Shown one piece after another: positions 34,645 to 42,529 of a stretch of DNA of 64,000 nucleotides; position 1 is the first letter of the stretch; each line of letters starts with the position of its first letter. Source of the DNA: an uncultured Collinsella sp. (GTDB lineage: Bacteria; Actinomycetota; Coriobacteriia; Coriobacteriales; Coriobacteriaceae); the NCBI GenBank assembly GCA_965147105.1, contig CBCTIZ010000012.1, forward strand, positions 52 to 64,051. The letters are read 5' to 3'. The notes below the pieces were generated by a model that worked only from the letters and a program-made list of their open reading frames with translations, searched no databases and was not told the origin of the DNA. The translations under genes were made by a program, and so were the position numbers.

Positions 34645-36492
34645 ATGTGCGGAATTGTCGGCTACACCGGCTCTGATATTGCAAAGAACATCCTGGTCAC
34701 AGGCCTTAAGCGCATGGAGTATCGCGGCTATGACTCCTCGGGCGTCGCGCTCGAGGTGGGCGAGGGCGCCGCGGCGCACCTCGATGTCATCCGCCGCGTG
34801 GGTAAGGTCGCGGGCTTGGAGAGCGAGCTTTCCAACATTGACAGCGACGCTACCTGCGGTATCGGCCACACCCGTTGGGCCACCCACGGCAAGCCCTCCG
34901 TCGTTAACGCTCACCCCCACACCAGCTGCGACGGTCGTATCGCCATCGTCCACAACGGCATCATCGAGAACTTCGCCGAGCTGCGCGAAGAGCTGGAGGG
35001 CCGCGGCCACCACTTTAAGAGCGAGACCGATACCGAGGTCTTCGCGCATCTGATCGAAGAGGCTTATGCCGAGACGCACGACCTGATGGCCTCCGTGCGC
35101 GAGGCTTGCACCCACGTGGTCGGTGCCTATGGTCTGGCCGCCGTGTGCGCTGACGAGCCCGGCGTGATCGCCGTGGCCCGCAAGGATTCCCCGATCGTGG
35201 TCGGCGCGGGCGAGACCGGCGCCTATGTCGCCTCCGACGTCATCGCGCTCATCGACGCCACCCGCGATGTCGTGGTGCTCGAGGACGGTCAGTTTGCCAA
35301 GCTCACGCCCGCAGGCGTCGAGTACACCGACGAGGCCGGCAACGTTATCGAGCCCAAGGTCACCCACATCGATTGGGACCTGGACATGGCAGAAAAGGGC
35401 GGTTATCCCGACTTTATGCTCAAGGAGATTCACGAGCAGCCGCGCGTCGTGCGCGACACGCTGGTCGGTCGTATGACGCCGGCCGGCGAGCTCGACATCG
35501 ACGAGCTGGGCCTTTCGCTCGAGGAGCTCAACGACATCGACCGCGTCTACGTGATCGCTTGCGGCACCAGCTATCACGCTGGCCTCATTGCCAAGAATCT
35601 CATTGAGGGCTGGGCTCGCATCCCCACCGAGGTGGAGGCGGCCAGCGAGTTCCGTTATCGCAACCCCATCATTACGCCGACGACGCTTGTCGTTGCCGTG
35701 TCCCAGTCGGGCGAGACGGCCGATACCCTTGCCGCCATTCGCGACGCGCGCATCAAGGGTGCCAAGGTCTTCGGCATCACCAACGTGGTGGGCAGCCCCG
35801 TGGCGCGTGAGAGCGACGGCGTCATCTACACCAAGGCCAACAAGGAGATTGCGGTCGCCTCGACCAAGAGCTTCATCGGCCAGGTTGTGAGCCTGACGCT
35901 GCTGGCCCTGCTGCTGGCGCAGGTCAAGTACCGCCTGACCACCAAACAGGCACGCATGCTGTTCCGCGAGCTTTCCGATACGGCCGAGCAGATCCAGTGG
36001 ATTTTGGATACCCAGACCGAGGCCGTTCATGAGGCTGCCCTGCTGTGCAAGGATGCGCAGTCGGCGCTGTTCGTGGGCCGCGGCATGGGTGCCGCTATTT
36101 CCTACGAGGGTGCGCTCAAGCTCAAGGAGGTCAGCTACCTGCACGCCGAGGCCTACGCCGCCGGCGAGATGAAGCACGGCCCTATTGCCCTGATCGACCC
36201 GGGCTTCCCTGTCATCGCTGTGGCCACCAAGAGTGCCACCTACGACAAGACCGTGTCGAACCTTATGGAGTGCAAGGCGCGCGGCGCCAAGGTCATCGTC
36301 GTTGCCACCGAGGGCGACGAGGAGATCAACAAGATCGCCGACTGCATCATCCGCGTGCCGGCAGTCCGCGACGTGTTCAGCCCCATCACGGCGAGCGTCC
36401 CGCTGCAGCTGCTCGCCCGCGAGGTCGCCATCCTGCGCGGCTGCGACGTCGACCAGCCCCGTAACCTGGCGAAAAGCGTCACGGTCGAGTAA
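34645..36492 (+). CDS. glmS: Glutamine--fructose-6-phosphate aminotransferase
   Basis: N-terminal MCGIVGY (Ntn nucleophile Cys), a glutaminase domain, two SIS domains, and the C-terminal ...KSVTVE. Confidence 0.95.
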   Translation: MCGIVGYTGSDIAKNILVTGLKRMEYRGYDSSGVALEVGEGAAAHLDVIRRVGKVAGLESELSNIDSDATCGIGHTRWATHGKPSVVNAHPHTSCDGRIAIVHNGIIENFAELREELEGRGHHFKSETDTEVFAHLIEEAYAETHDLMASVREACTHVVGAYGLAAVCADEPGVIAVARKDSPIVVGAGETGAYVASDVIALIDATRDVVVLEDGQFAKLTPAGVEYTDEAGNVIEPKVTHIDWDLDMAEKGGYPDFMLKEIHEQPRVVRDTLVGRMTPAGELDIDELGLSLEELNDIDRVYVIACGTSYHAGLIAKNLIEGWARIPTEVEAASEFRYRNPIITPTTLVVAVSQSGETADTLAAIRDARIKGAKVFGITNVVGSPVARESDGVIYTKANKEIAVASTKSFIGQVVSLTLLALLLAQVKYRLTTKQARMLFRELSDTAEQIQWILDTQTEAVHEAALLCKDAQSALFVGRGMGAAISYEGALKLKEVSYLHAEAYAAGEMKHGPIALIDPGFPVIAVATKSATYDKTVSNLMECKARGAKVIVVATEGDEEINKIADCIIRVPAVRDVFSPITASVPLQLLAREVAILRGCDVDQPRNLAKSVTVE

Positions 36493-36556
36493 TCGAGTTC
36501 CGTCATCCTAACAACTAAGGTCCGGCTCCGTTGCAGCGGAGTCGGGCCCTGTTTCA

Positions 36557-36607
36557 TTTGCCCGGATAAAACCTGCCAAAATAAACCTGTCCCTTTTTGG
36601 CAGGTTA
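36557..36607 (+). repeat. 51-bp hairpin repeat, copy D
   Basis: TTTGCCCGGATAAAACCTGCCAAAATAAACCTGTCCCTTTTTGGCAGGTTA. The terminal TTA is the reverse complement of the GntR-family gene stop codon. Confidence 0.9.
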
Positions 36608-37336
36608 GCGGAGCTTGCTGGTCTCGAAGTACTCGGGGAACTGGTCCAGAACCTCGGTTTGGTTGCGGAACATCATGTGCAGGTGCTTGCTGACCAAAAA
36701 GCTCGCTTCGATGGGGTCGCGACCGGCGATAGCGCGGCGAATCTGCTTGTGCTCGTTCACGATGTCCTGATTGTCGAGAACCTGCGTGGCGGCGCGCAGC
36801 CAGCGGAAGCGCTCCAGGTCGGCATTGGTCTCTTCGAGCCACGACCACACGGTGCTGCGACATGCGATGCTAAAAATCATGTGATGCATGAGGTTGTCGC
36901 TCAAAAAGAAGCCGATGCGATCCTCTTCGGCCATGGCCTTTTCCTGCAGCGCGATGGCGCGGTCGAGCTGCTCGATGCCAGCCGACGTGGCGCGCGCGCA
37001 GCACTCCACGATCACCTGCTTTTCCAGATGCTCGCGGATGTAACAGGCACTCTCGGCAAGGGTGAGGTTGATGGGCGAGACATAGGTGCCGCTCTGGGGC
37101 ACGGTGCGCACCAGGCCTTCCTGCGCCAAGCGAACCAAAGCCTCGCGCACGGGCGTGCGACCCATATCCAGGTCGTCGCAAAGTTGCTTGACGCCCAGCT
37201 TTTCGCCCGGCTTGTAGTCCAGGTAGACGATTTTGCGTCGAATGGTGTGATAGGACTGGTCCTGTAGGCTCGTTTCCTGCTCGCCGACGTGCATCGATTC
37301 TTCCATAGCGCCTCGCAACTGTTCTATCAAACTCAT
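36605..37336 (-). CDS. GntR-family transcriptional regulator (FadR/FCD subfamily)
   Basis: N-terminal winged HTH (KLGVKQLCDDLDMGRTPVREALVRLAQEGLV) plus an all-helical C-terminal domain. Confidence 0.8.
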   Translation of the reverse strand: MSLIEQLRGAMEESMHVGEQETSLQDQSYHTIRRKIVYLDYKPGEKLGVKQLCDDLDMGRTPVREALVRLAQEGLVRTVPQSGTYVSPINLTLAESACYIREHLEKQVIVECCARATSAGIEQLDRAIALQEKAMAEEDRIGFFLSDNLMHHMIFSIACRSTVWSWLEETNADLERFRWLRAATQVLDNQDIVNEHKQIRRAIAGRDPIEASFLVSKHLHMMFRNQTEVLDQFPEYFETSKLR

Positions 37337-37499
37337 ATGTCAGTTGTTAATTATGCCGCGAATCAGCTCTCCGCGGTGGGTAATTCGGCTGTTGCCTGAG
37401 AACTATTGCGGCATCTTAGTCTGTGTTTGCGCAAGGCTGCGCTCAATGTTGCCGTATCATAAGCCGTCGCAAACGTGAAATAGAAAGAAGGAATCCCAT

Positions 37500-38534
37500 A
37501 TGCAACTGGCAAACATCGTACGCGAGCGCTGGAAAGGCGTCTTGTTCTGCCTGATCATCGCTATCCCCGCGACGTTGCTCGGCAAACAGATTGAGGTGGT
37601 CGGCGGGCCGGTATTTGCCATCCTTTTTGGCATGGTCCTGGCGCTCGTCTTTCCCAAGAATCGTCGCGAACAGCTCACCGCCGGCGTTACCTATACGTCC
37701 AAAAAAGTCTTGCAGTACGCGGTTATCCTGCTTGGCTTTGGCATGAACCTCTCCCAGATTCTGTCCAAGGGCGCCCAGTCGCTACCGATTATCGTGGCAA
37801 CGATCTCGACCTCGCTTGTCATCGCCTTTGTGCTCTGCCGCGTTATGAACGTGCCGGGCAAGATCGCGACGCTTGTGGGTGTGGGTTCGTCGATTTGCGG
37901 CGGTTCGGCCATTGCTGCGACCGCGCCCGTCATCGATGCCGACGATCGCGAGATTGCCCAGGCCATTTCGGTCATCTTCCTGTTTAACGTTATCGCGGCG
38001 CTCGTGTTTCCGACGCTCGGCGGCATGCTCGGGCTGACCAACGAGGGCTTTGGCCTGTTTGCCGGCACCGCCATCAACGACACCTCGTCCGTAACGGCTG
38101 CGGCGAGCGCCTGGGACAGCATGCATCCCGGCGCCAATGTGCTCGAGAGCGCCACGGTGGTCAAGCTCACCAGAACGCTGGCCATTATCCCCATCACGTT
38201 GGTCCTCGCATGCTGGCAGATGCATCTGGCACGCAAGGCTGGCGGCGACGCCAAAAGCGCGTTCTCGCTTAAACGCGCGTTTCCCATGTTCGTGCTGTTC
38301 TTTGTGCTGGCGAGCGTGATCACCACGGTGCTTCAGCTTCCCGCGCCCATTACGGCGCCCATCAAGGAGCTATCGAAGTTCTTTATTGTGATGGCCATGG
38401 CGGCTATTGGTTTTAATACCGATATCGTCGAGCTGGTCAAAAAGGGCGGCAAGCCCATCGCGCTGGGCTTTTGCTGCTGGATTGGCATCGCGTGCATGAG
38501 TTTGGGAATGCAGCACGTGCTGGGAATCTGGTAG
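37500..38534 (+). CDS. YeiH/UPF0324-family membrane protein (putative sulfate-exporter family)
   Basis: Polytopic membrane protein with the family-typical GVGSSICGGSAIAATAPV segment. Confidence 0.6.
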   Translation: MQLANIVRERWKGVLFCLIIAIPATLLGKQIEVVGGPVFAILFGMVLALVFPKNRREQLTAGVTYTSKKVLQYAVILLGFGMNLSQILSKGAQSLPIIVATISTSLVIAFVLCRVMNVPGKIATLVGVGSSICGGSAIAATAPVIDADDREIAQAISVIFLFNVIAALVFPTLGGMLGLTNEGFGLFAGTAINDTSSVTAAASAWDSMHPGANVLESATVVKLTRTLAIIPITLVLACWQMHLARKAGGDAKSAFSLKRAFPMFVLFFVLASVITTVLQLPAPITAPIKELSKFFIVMAMAAIGFNTDIVELVKKGGKPIALGFCCWIGIACMSLGMQHVLGIW

Positions 38535-38800
38535 AGAAGTAGCTTATTTTCGTGCTGCGTGCTGGTGAGCGCATTCTCACGGTGGAGCGATAGGAGCTCT
38601 TGCGGGTATGGCTTGTCCGCAGGTTTATAAGTCCCGAAGAGCTCTTATCGCCCCGCCAGGATGGCGATGCGGGGCAACACCTATACTCGCAGGACGGCGC
38701 TTTCTGCCCTATAGTGTTTGGTGAGCAATATTGTTCAATTTTGAAACACTCGGTCGTGCGATCGCCGGCGGTTGCACGTCGCTGCAGACAGGGGCAAATC

Positions 38801-40018
38801 ATGGATAGCGATGCCAAGCTGAACATCTTGACCGAGGCCCTGGCTGCTGCCGGGGCCTCGGCATTGGCAATCGATGCGCGTGGGGACGTCGCGATCTCGA
38901 CCATGAATGACGCGGCGCTTGAGCGGGATGTGGCGACTTTTGTTGCCGAACGCCTCGACCGTATAGGAGACGGCGCGCGTCTTGTTATGGGGCGTGCGGG
39001 TACGCGCCTGAGCCTGACCGTTCGCCCCACCGACAAAGAGGGCGGGGGCCTTTGGGCCGTCGTGGTCCGCGAGGTGCGCGGCGCCGCGGCGCATGCGGGC
39101 ATCGAGTGGCTCAACGCCGACGAGGTTGAGGCCCGCTACGAATCGAGCGCGTACGGCATCGTTGAGGGGGCGGCCTCGGTGGCTGCGCCGGTTGCCGAGA
39201 GCTATGCGCGCGGCGTGCCCCTTATGTTCGAGGGCGAGCTGGGAGCGGGTCAGGTCGAGATCGCCAAGCGCCTCTATCTGGATGGCCCTTTTGCCGATCA
39301 ACCCTTTGTTTCCGTCGCGCTCGATGAACTCACCGAGCGCGGTTGGCGCCATGTGCTCAAAAGCGCCGAATCGCCGTTGTTCCAAACGGGGCTGACCCTT
39401 TGCATTGAGGGCTGGAATGCGGTTGGCCCCCAGCGCCTCCGCGAGCTGGTCTCCACGATGACCGACACCGCGTTGGCGACGCGCTGCCATGTGGTGCTGA
39501 CAGCGAATGACATGCCGGGCGGCGGCGAAAGTGATCAAGCCGCCTTTGTGACCGAGCGCCTCGCCTGTGCGGTGAGCGTGGCGCCGGCAATCGCCGAGCA
39601 GGGAGCCGCGTCGACGAAGGCTGCGCGCTATTTGGAATATCTCGCTGATGCATTTGGGACGGCAGCGCCCACGCTGTCTGCCGCGGCGACGAAGACGCTC
39701 GATGCTTACCGCTGGCCGCGCAATTATCTGCAGCTCCGCGAGGTCTCGGAACGACTGTATATATTGGTGGGGGCGGGCACGGTGGACCGCGCTGTGGCGG
39801 AGGAAGTGCTCGCCCAAGAGGACGTGATTAAGACCGCAACCTTTGGCGCCCCGACGCTCGAAAGTGACCTGTATATCCTGCGACCGCTGGCCGATACCGA
39901 GCGAGATATCGCGCATCTGGTTGTAGATCATCTCCACGGCAACCGGACTCGTGCGGCAGAGGTGCTGGGTATAAGCCGTACAACGCTGTGGCGCTTGCTG
40001 AAGGACGATGACCGTTGA
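38801..40018 (+). CDS. NtrC/PrpR-like regulator with a degenerate AAA+ domain and a Fis-type HTH
   Basis: C-terminal HTH NRTRAAEVLGISRTTLWRLLKD. Central domain has GELGAGQ in place of Walker A GESGTGK, and LDAYRWPRNYLQLREV in place of the WPGNVREL motif. Start taken at ATG 38801. Confidence 0.6.
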   Translation: MDSDAKLNILTEALAAAGASALAIDARGDVAISTMNDAALERDVATFVAERLDRIGDGARLVMGRAGTRLSLTVRPTDKEGGGLWAVVVREVRGAAAHAGIEWLNADEVEARYESSAYGIVEGAASVAAPVAESYARGVPLMFEGELGAGQVEIAKRLYLDGPFADQPFVSVALDELTERGWRHVLKSAESPLFQTGLTLCIEGWNAVGPQRLRELVSTMTDTALATRCHVVLTANDMPGGGESDQAAFVTERLACAVSVAPAIAEQGAASTKAARYLEYLADAFGTAAPTLSAAATKTLDAYRWPRNYLQLREVSERLYILVGAGTVDRAVAEEVLAQEDVIKTATFGAPTLESDLYILRPLADTERDIAHLVVDHLHGNRTRAAEVLGISRTTLWRLLKDDDR

Positions 40019-40102
40019 GCGAGGCGCCCGTGACCGCGCGCGACGCGTGTGCTACAGTCCAAAGCGTTATTGTTTCGATTTGGTTACGGCGTGCGAGGGC
40101 AT

Positions 40103-40678
40103 ATGGCTGAGACTTCAAAACCGAGCCGCAGAAGGCGGAGCGCCGCGCCGGTTAACCGACGCACGACATCGGTGACGTGGGGCAAACACGCCTCGGGGTT
40201 TGATGGCTCGTTCAAGCGCACTAAATACGGCTATCCTTCGGCAAGCGCCCGCTTGGCAATGCAGGCAGAGTCCTCGCTGTTGGGCCGCAAACGCGTGGTG
40301 GGCTCAAAGCTCAAGCACGACGGAACGCTCGGCTACATCAGCCGCGGGGCGGCTCGCCGCAGCGGGCTCAATCCCGCCGGCTGGCATCGCTACGTGCCGA
40401 TCGTGGCCGCCGTTGCAGTGATCGTCATCGCGCTCGCTGCGCTTGGCTACGCCGGCGGTGGCGCCAACTTGGACGCAATGTTTAAATCGCCCGAGCTCGC
40501 GCATGTAGGTACAGAAGTTGTCGAGGGCGCTCAGGCCCAGACGAGCGTCGCGCCCCAGCGCGGTATCGTTGCGGCGGCCTCCACCATCGCCGATGCGCAA
40601 AAGGACGAGGACGAACAGGGCGATGGCGCCGAAACGGCCCAGACGAACGAAACGACGACAACGGCGACGTCAATATAA
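40103..40678 (+). CDS. Hypothetical single-pass membrane protein
   Basis: Arg-rich N-terminus, one TM helix (YVPIVAAVAVIVIALAALGYAG) and an acidic low-complexity C-terminus. No family recognised. Confidence 0.45.
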   Translation: MAETSKPSRRRRSAAPVNRRTTSVTWGKHASGFDGSFKRTKYGYPSASARLAMQAESSLLGRKRVVGSKLKHDGTLGYISRGAARRSGLNPAGWHRYVPIVAAVAVIVIALAALGYAGGGANLDAMFKSPELAHVGTEVVEGAQAQTSVAPQRGIVAAASTIADAQKDEDEQGDGAETAQTNETTTTATSI

Positions 40679-40687
40679 GTTGCGAGT

Positions 40688-40726
40688 GGGGTAGCTAAAA
40701 TAGCCCCGTCCCAAATTAGCTACCCC
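40688..40726. repeat. Short hairpin element GGGGTAGCTAA-N17-TTAGCTACCCC
   Basis: Perfect 11-bp stem. A 19-mer, CCGTCCCAAATTAGCTACC (40706-40724), recurs exactly at 53514-53532. Confidence 0.8.
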
Positions 40727-40742
40727 TGCTGACGTTCCTGTA

Positions 40743-41264
40743 CTATTTCACGTACACCACGTTGTTGCGGCGCGGCTTTGCCTCGGGTAGCGTGTCCTCG
40801 GCGTAGCCAAGAATGCAGTTACCGACGCCGCGCAGGCTGCCGTCGGCGGGCAGGCCCCAGCTGGCCAGCAGCTCCAGGCCCTCGGGCGAGTCAAAGACCT
40901 CATGCGCGCGGTGAATCCAGCACGAATCGACACCCAGTGCATAGGCGGCGTTGAGCAAGTTGCCCATGGCGAGCGAGCCGTCTTCCAGATGTGTGGGCAC
41001 GCTGCGGTCAACCAGCACCACCACAACGGTCTTGGCGCCATAGAAGGGGTCGCTGTTGCTGTCCATGACCTGGGCGTTGAGCTGTGAGAGATGCTCGACG
41101 GTCGCGGGGTCGGTGACGGCGACAAACGTCACCGGCTGGCGGCCCATGCCGCTCGGTGCATATTGGCCGGCTTCGATAATACGTGCAAGCTTTTCAGCCT
41201 CGACGGGACGATCGCTGTAGTTGCGGCAGCTGCGGCGGTGAATGAGTGCTTCGATAGTCTCCAT
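40743..41264 (-). CDS. Nitroreductase-family protein
   Basis: N-terminus METIEALIHRRSCRNYSDRPV is typical of FMN nitroreductases. Start at ATG 41264 with a GGAGA RBS. Confidence 0.8.
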   Translation of the reverse strand: METIEALIHRRSCRNYSDRPVEAEKLARIIEAGQYAPSGMGRQPVTFVAVTDPATVEHLSQLNAQVMDSNSDPFYGAKTVVVVLVDRSVPTHLEDGSLAMGNLLNAAYALGVDSCWIHRAHEVFDSPEGLELLASWGLPADGSLRGVGNCILGYAEDTLPEAKPRRNNVVYVK

Positions 41265-41558
41265 GGTGTCTCCTTGCGGTGGCGTTGCAGATGCCCCGTT
41301 CATACCCGTCGGGCTTAAACGATAGACGGTCAATTGCCCGGCCAAAAGGATAGATTCCAATTGGGAAAGTAGGTTTGCATAAATGTACCTTCAGAATGTG
41401 ACAAACAAATGGGATGGTTAAACGTTTTATCCCGTCTACCCTGCGGTTTTTTACCACTTGCCTAAATGACGAACGCATAACCTTTGATAAAGGTTTTACT
41501 AAAGGAGTACCAACGTTTATCAATGCGCCGTGGTGGCGCCGGGCCAGGAGGTAACATC

Positions 41559-41849
41559 ATGTTCCAGGCTGGAGATGTCGTCGAGACCGATTTCGAAGGA
41601 TTTCTGAAGCTGCTGCGTTCCAAGACGCGCGCTTTCGTGTCGATCAACGATCACGAGTACTACATCACGCACACCGATGGCTATTGGCGTGTTCAGGATT
41701 GCGAGGCCCTCAACGACAAGGGCCACTTTACTGACTGCTCCGAGCTGGTCAACACGGTCTGCGAGGTCGTCGAGCTGCCGTGGATTGCCGGCAAGAGCCT
41801 GCATGACAGCTTCTCGGGCGCTACGGTCTATGAGGCCGTCGCTGCGTAA
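41559..41849 (+). CDS. Hypothetical small protein
   Basis: 96 aa from ATG 41559 with an AGGAGG RBS, followed by a clean terminator. No family recognised. Confidence 0.5.
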   Translation: MFQAGDVVETDFEGFLKLLRSKTRAFVSINDHEYYITHTDGYWRVQDCEALNDKGHFTDCSELVNTVCEVVELPWIAGKSLHDSFSGATVYEAVAA

Positions 41850-41875
41850 CAGCCAACAATCGATATTCTCTCGCA

Positions 41876-41911
41876 ACCGCCGGCGCCGCCCCCGCGCCGG
41901 CGGTCTTTTTT
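41876..41911 (+). terminator. Intrinsic terminator
   Basis: ACCGCCGGCGC / GCGCCGGCGGT: an 11-bp stem followed by CTTTTTT. Confidence 0.8.
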
Positions 41912-41960
41912 GTCGATATGCTTATGTAGGGACGACCATAAACAACGAGCTTATTGACGA

Positions 41961-42012
41961 TAGTCAAAACTCGGACTAATGTAGAGATATAAATTGGTCA
42001 AAACTCGGACTA
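41961..42012 (+). promoter_or_regulatory. Two copies of an 18-bp palindromic box, candidate MarR operator
   Basis: TAGTCAAAACTCGGACTA (41961-41978) and TGGTCAAAACTCGGACTA (41995-42012), each TAGTC-N8-GACTA. A TTGACG hexamer lies at 41954-41959. The second box ends 4 nt before the marR-like ATG. Confidence 0.55.
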
Positions 42013-42016
42013 TCGA

Positions 42017-42529
42017 ATGGTGGGAGAGATGAATAGTGCAGTTAGCCTGGTCGATTTCGACCGGATGCTCAACGGGCTTGACCGTGTCTATTCGGAGTTC
42101 GCGCGCGCCTGCGGTCTTTCGGACTGCGCCTACTGGATGCTCGTCGACACGAGTGCGGCGGGCGGAAGCGTTGCCGTGAGTCGGCTGACGAGTGAATGGT
42201 TCTACAGCAAACAGACCATCAATTCGGCGATTAAGACGCTTAGGGCGCGAGGGCTTGCGACGTTGGAGTTTGCCGAGGGCAGTCGTAAGAACAAGGTTGT
42301 GCGACTGACCGAAGAAGGCGTGCGGTTTGCCAAGCGCTACGCGTTGCCGGCGCAAAAAGCCGAGCAACAGGCATTCGAGGCGCTCGAGCTGTGGGAGCAG
42401 CGCGAGATTATGCGCTTGGTCGGTAAGTTCTCCCATGTTCTTAACGAAGAGTGCGAGGCATTTAAACGGCAAGTGGCCGCCGAGAACGAGGCTGACGATA
42501 AGGGCGAGGGGGACACATGCGACTCTTAA
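42017..42529 (+). CDS. MarR-family transcriptional regulator
   Basis: Winged-helix core (...QTINSAIKTLRARGLATLEFAEGSRKNKVVRLTEEG...). Its 3' end overlaps the ABC gene start. Confidence 0.8.
   Translation: MVGEMNSAVSLVDFDRMLNGLDRVYSEFARACGLSDCAYWMLVDTSAAGGSVAVSRLTSEWFYSKQTINSAIKTLRARGLATLEFAEGSRKNKVVRLTEEGVRFAKRYALPAQKAEQQAFEALELWEQREIMRLVGKFSHVLNEECEAFKRQVAAENEADDKGEGDTCDS

Noticed and set aside
34333-36177. Upstream 615 codons of track ORF 33223..36177
   Set aside because: Only the last 369 codons (the LacI regulator, starting at ATG 34332 with a typical HTH) are real. The remainder is antisense to glmS and crosses the intergenic repeat.
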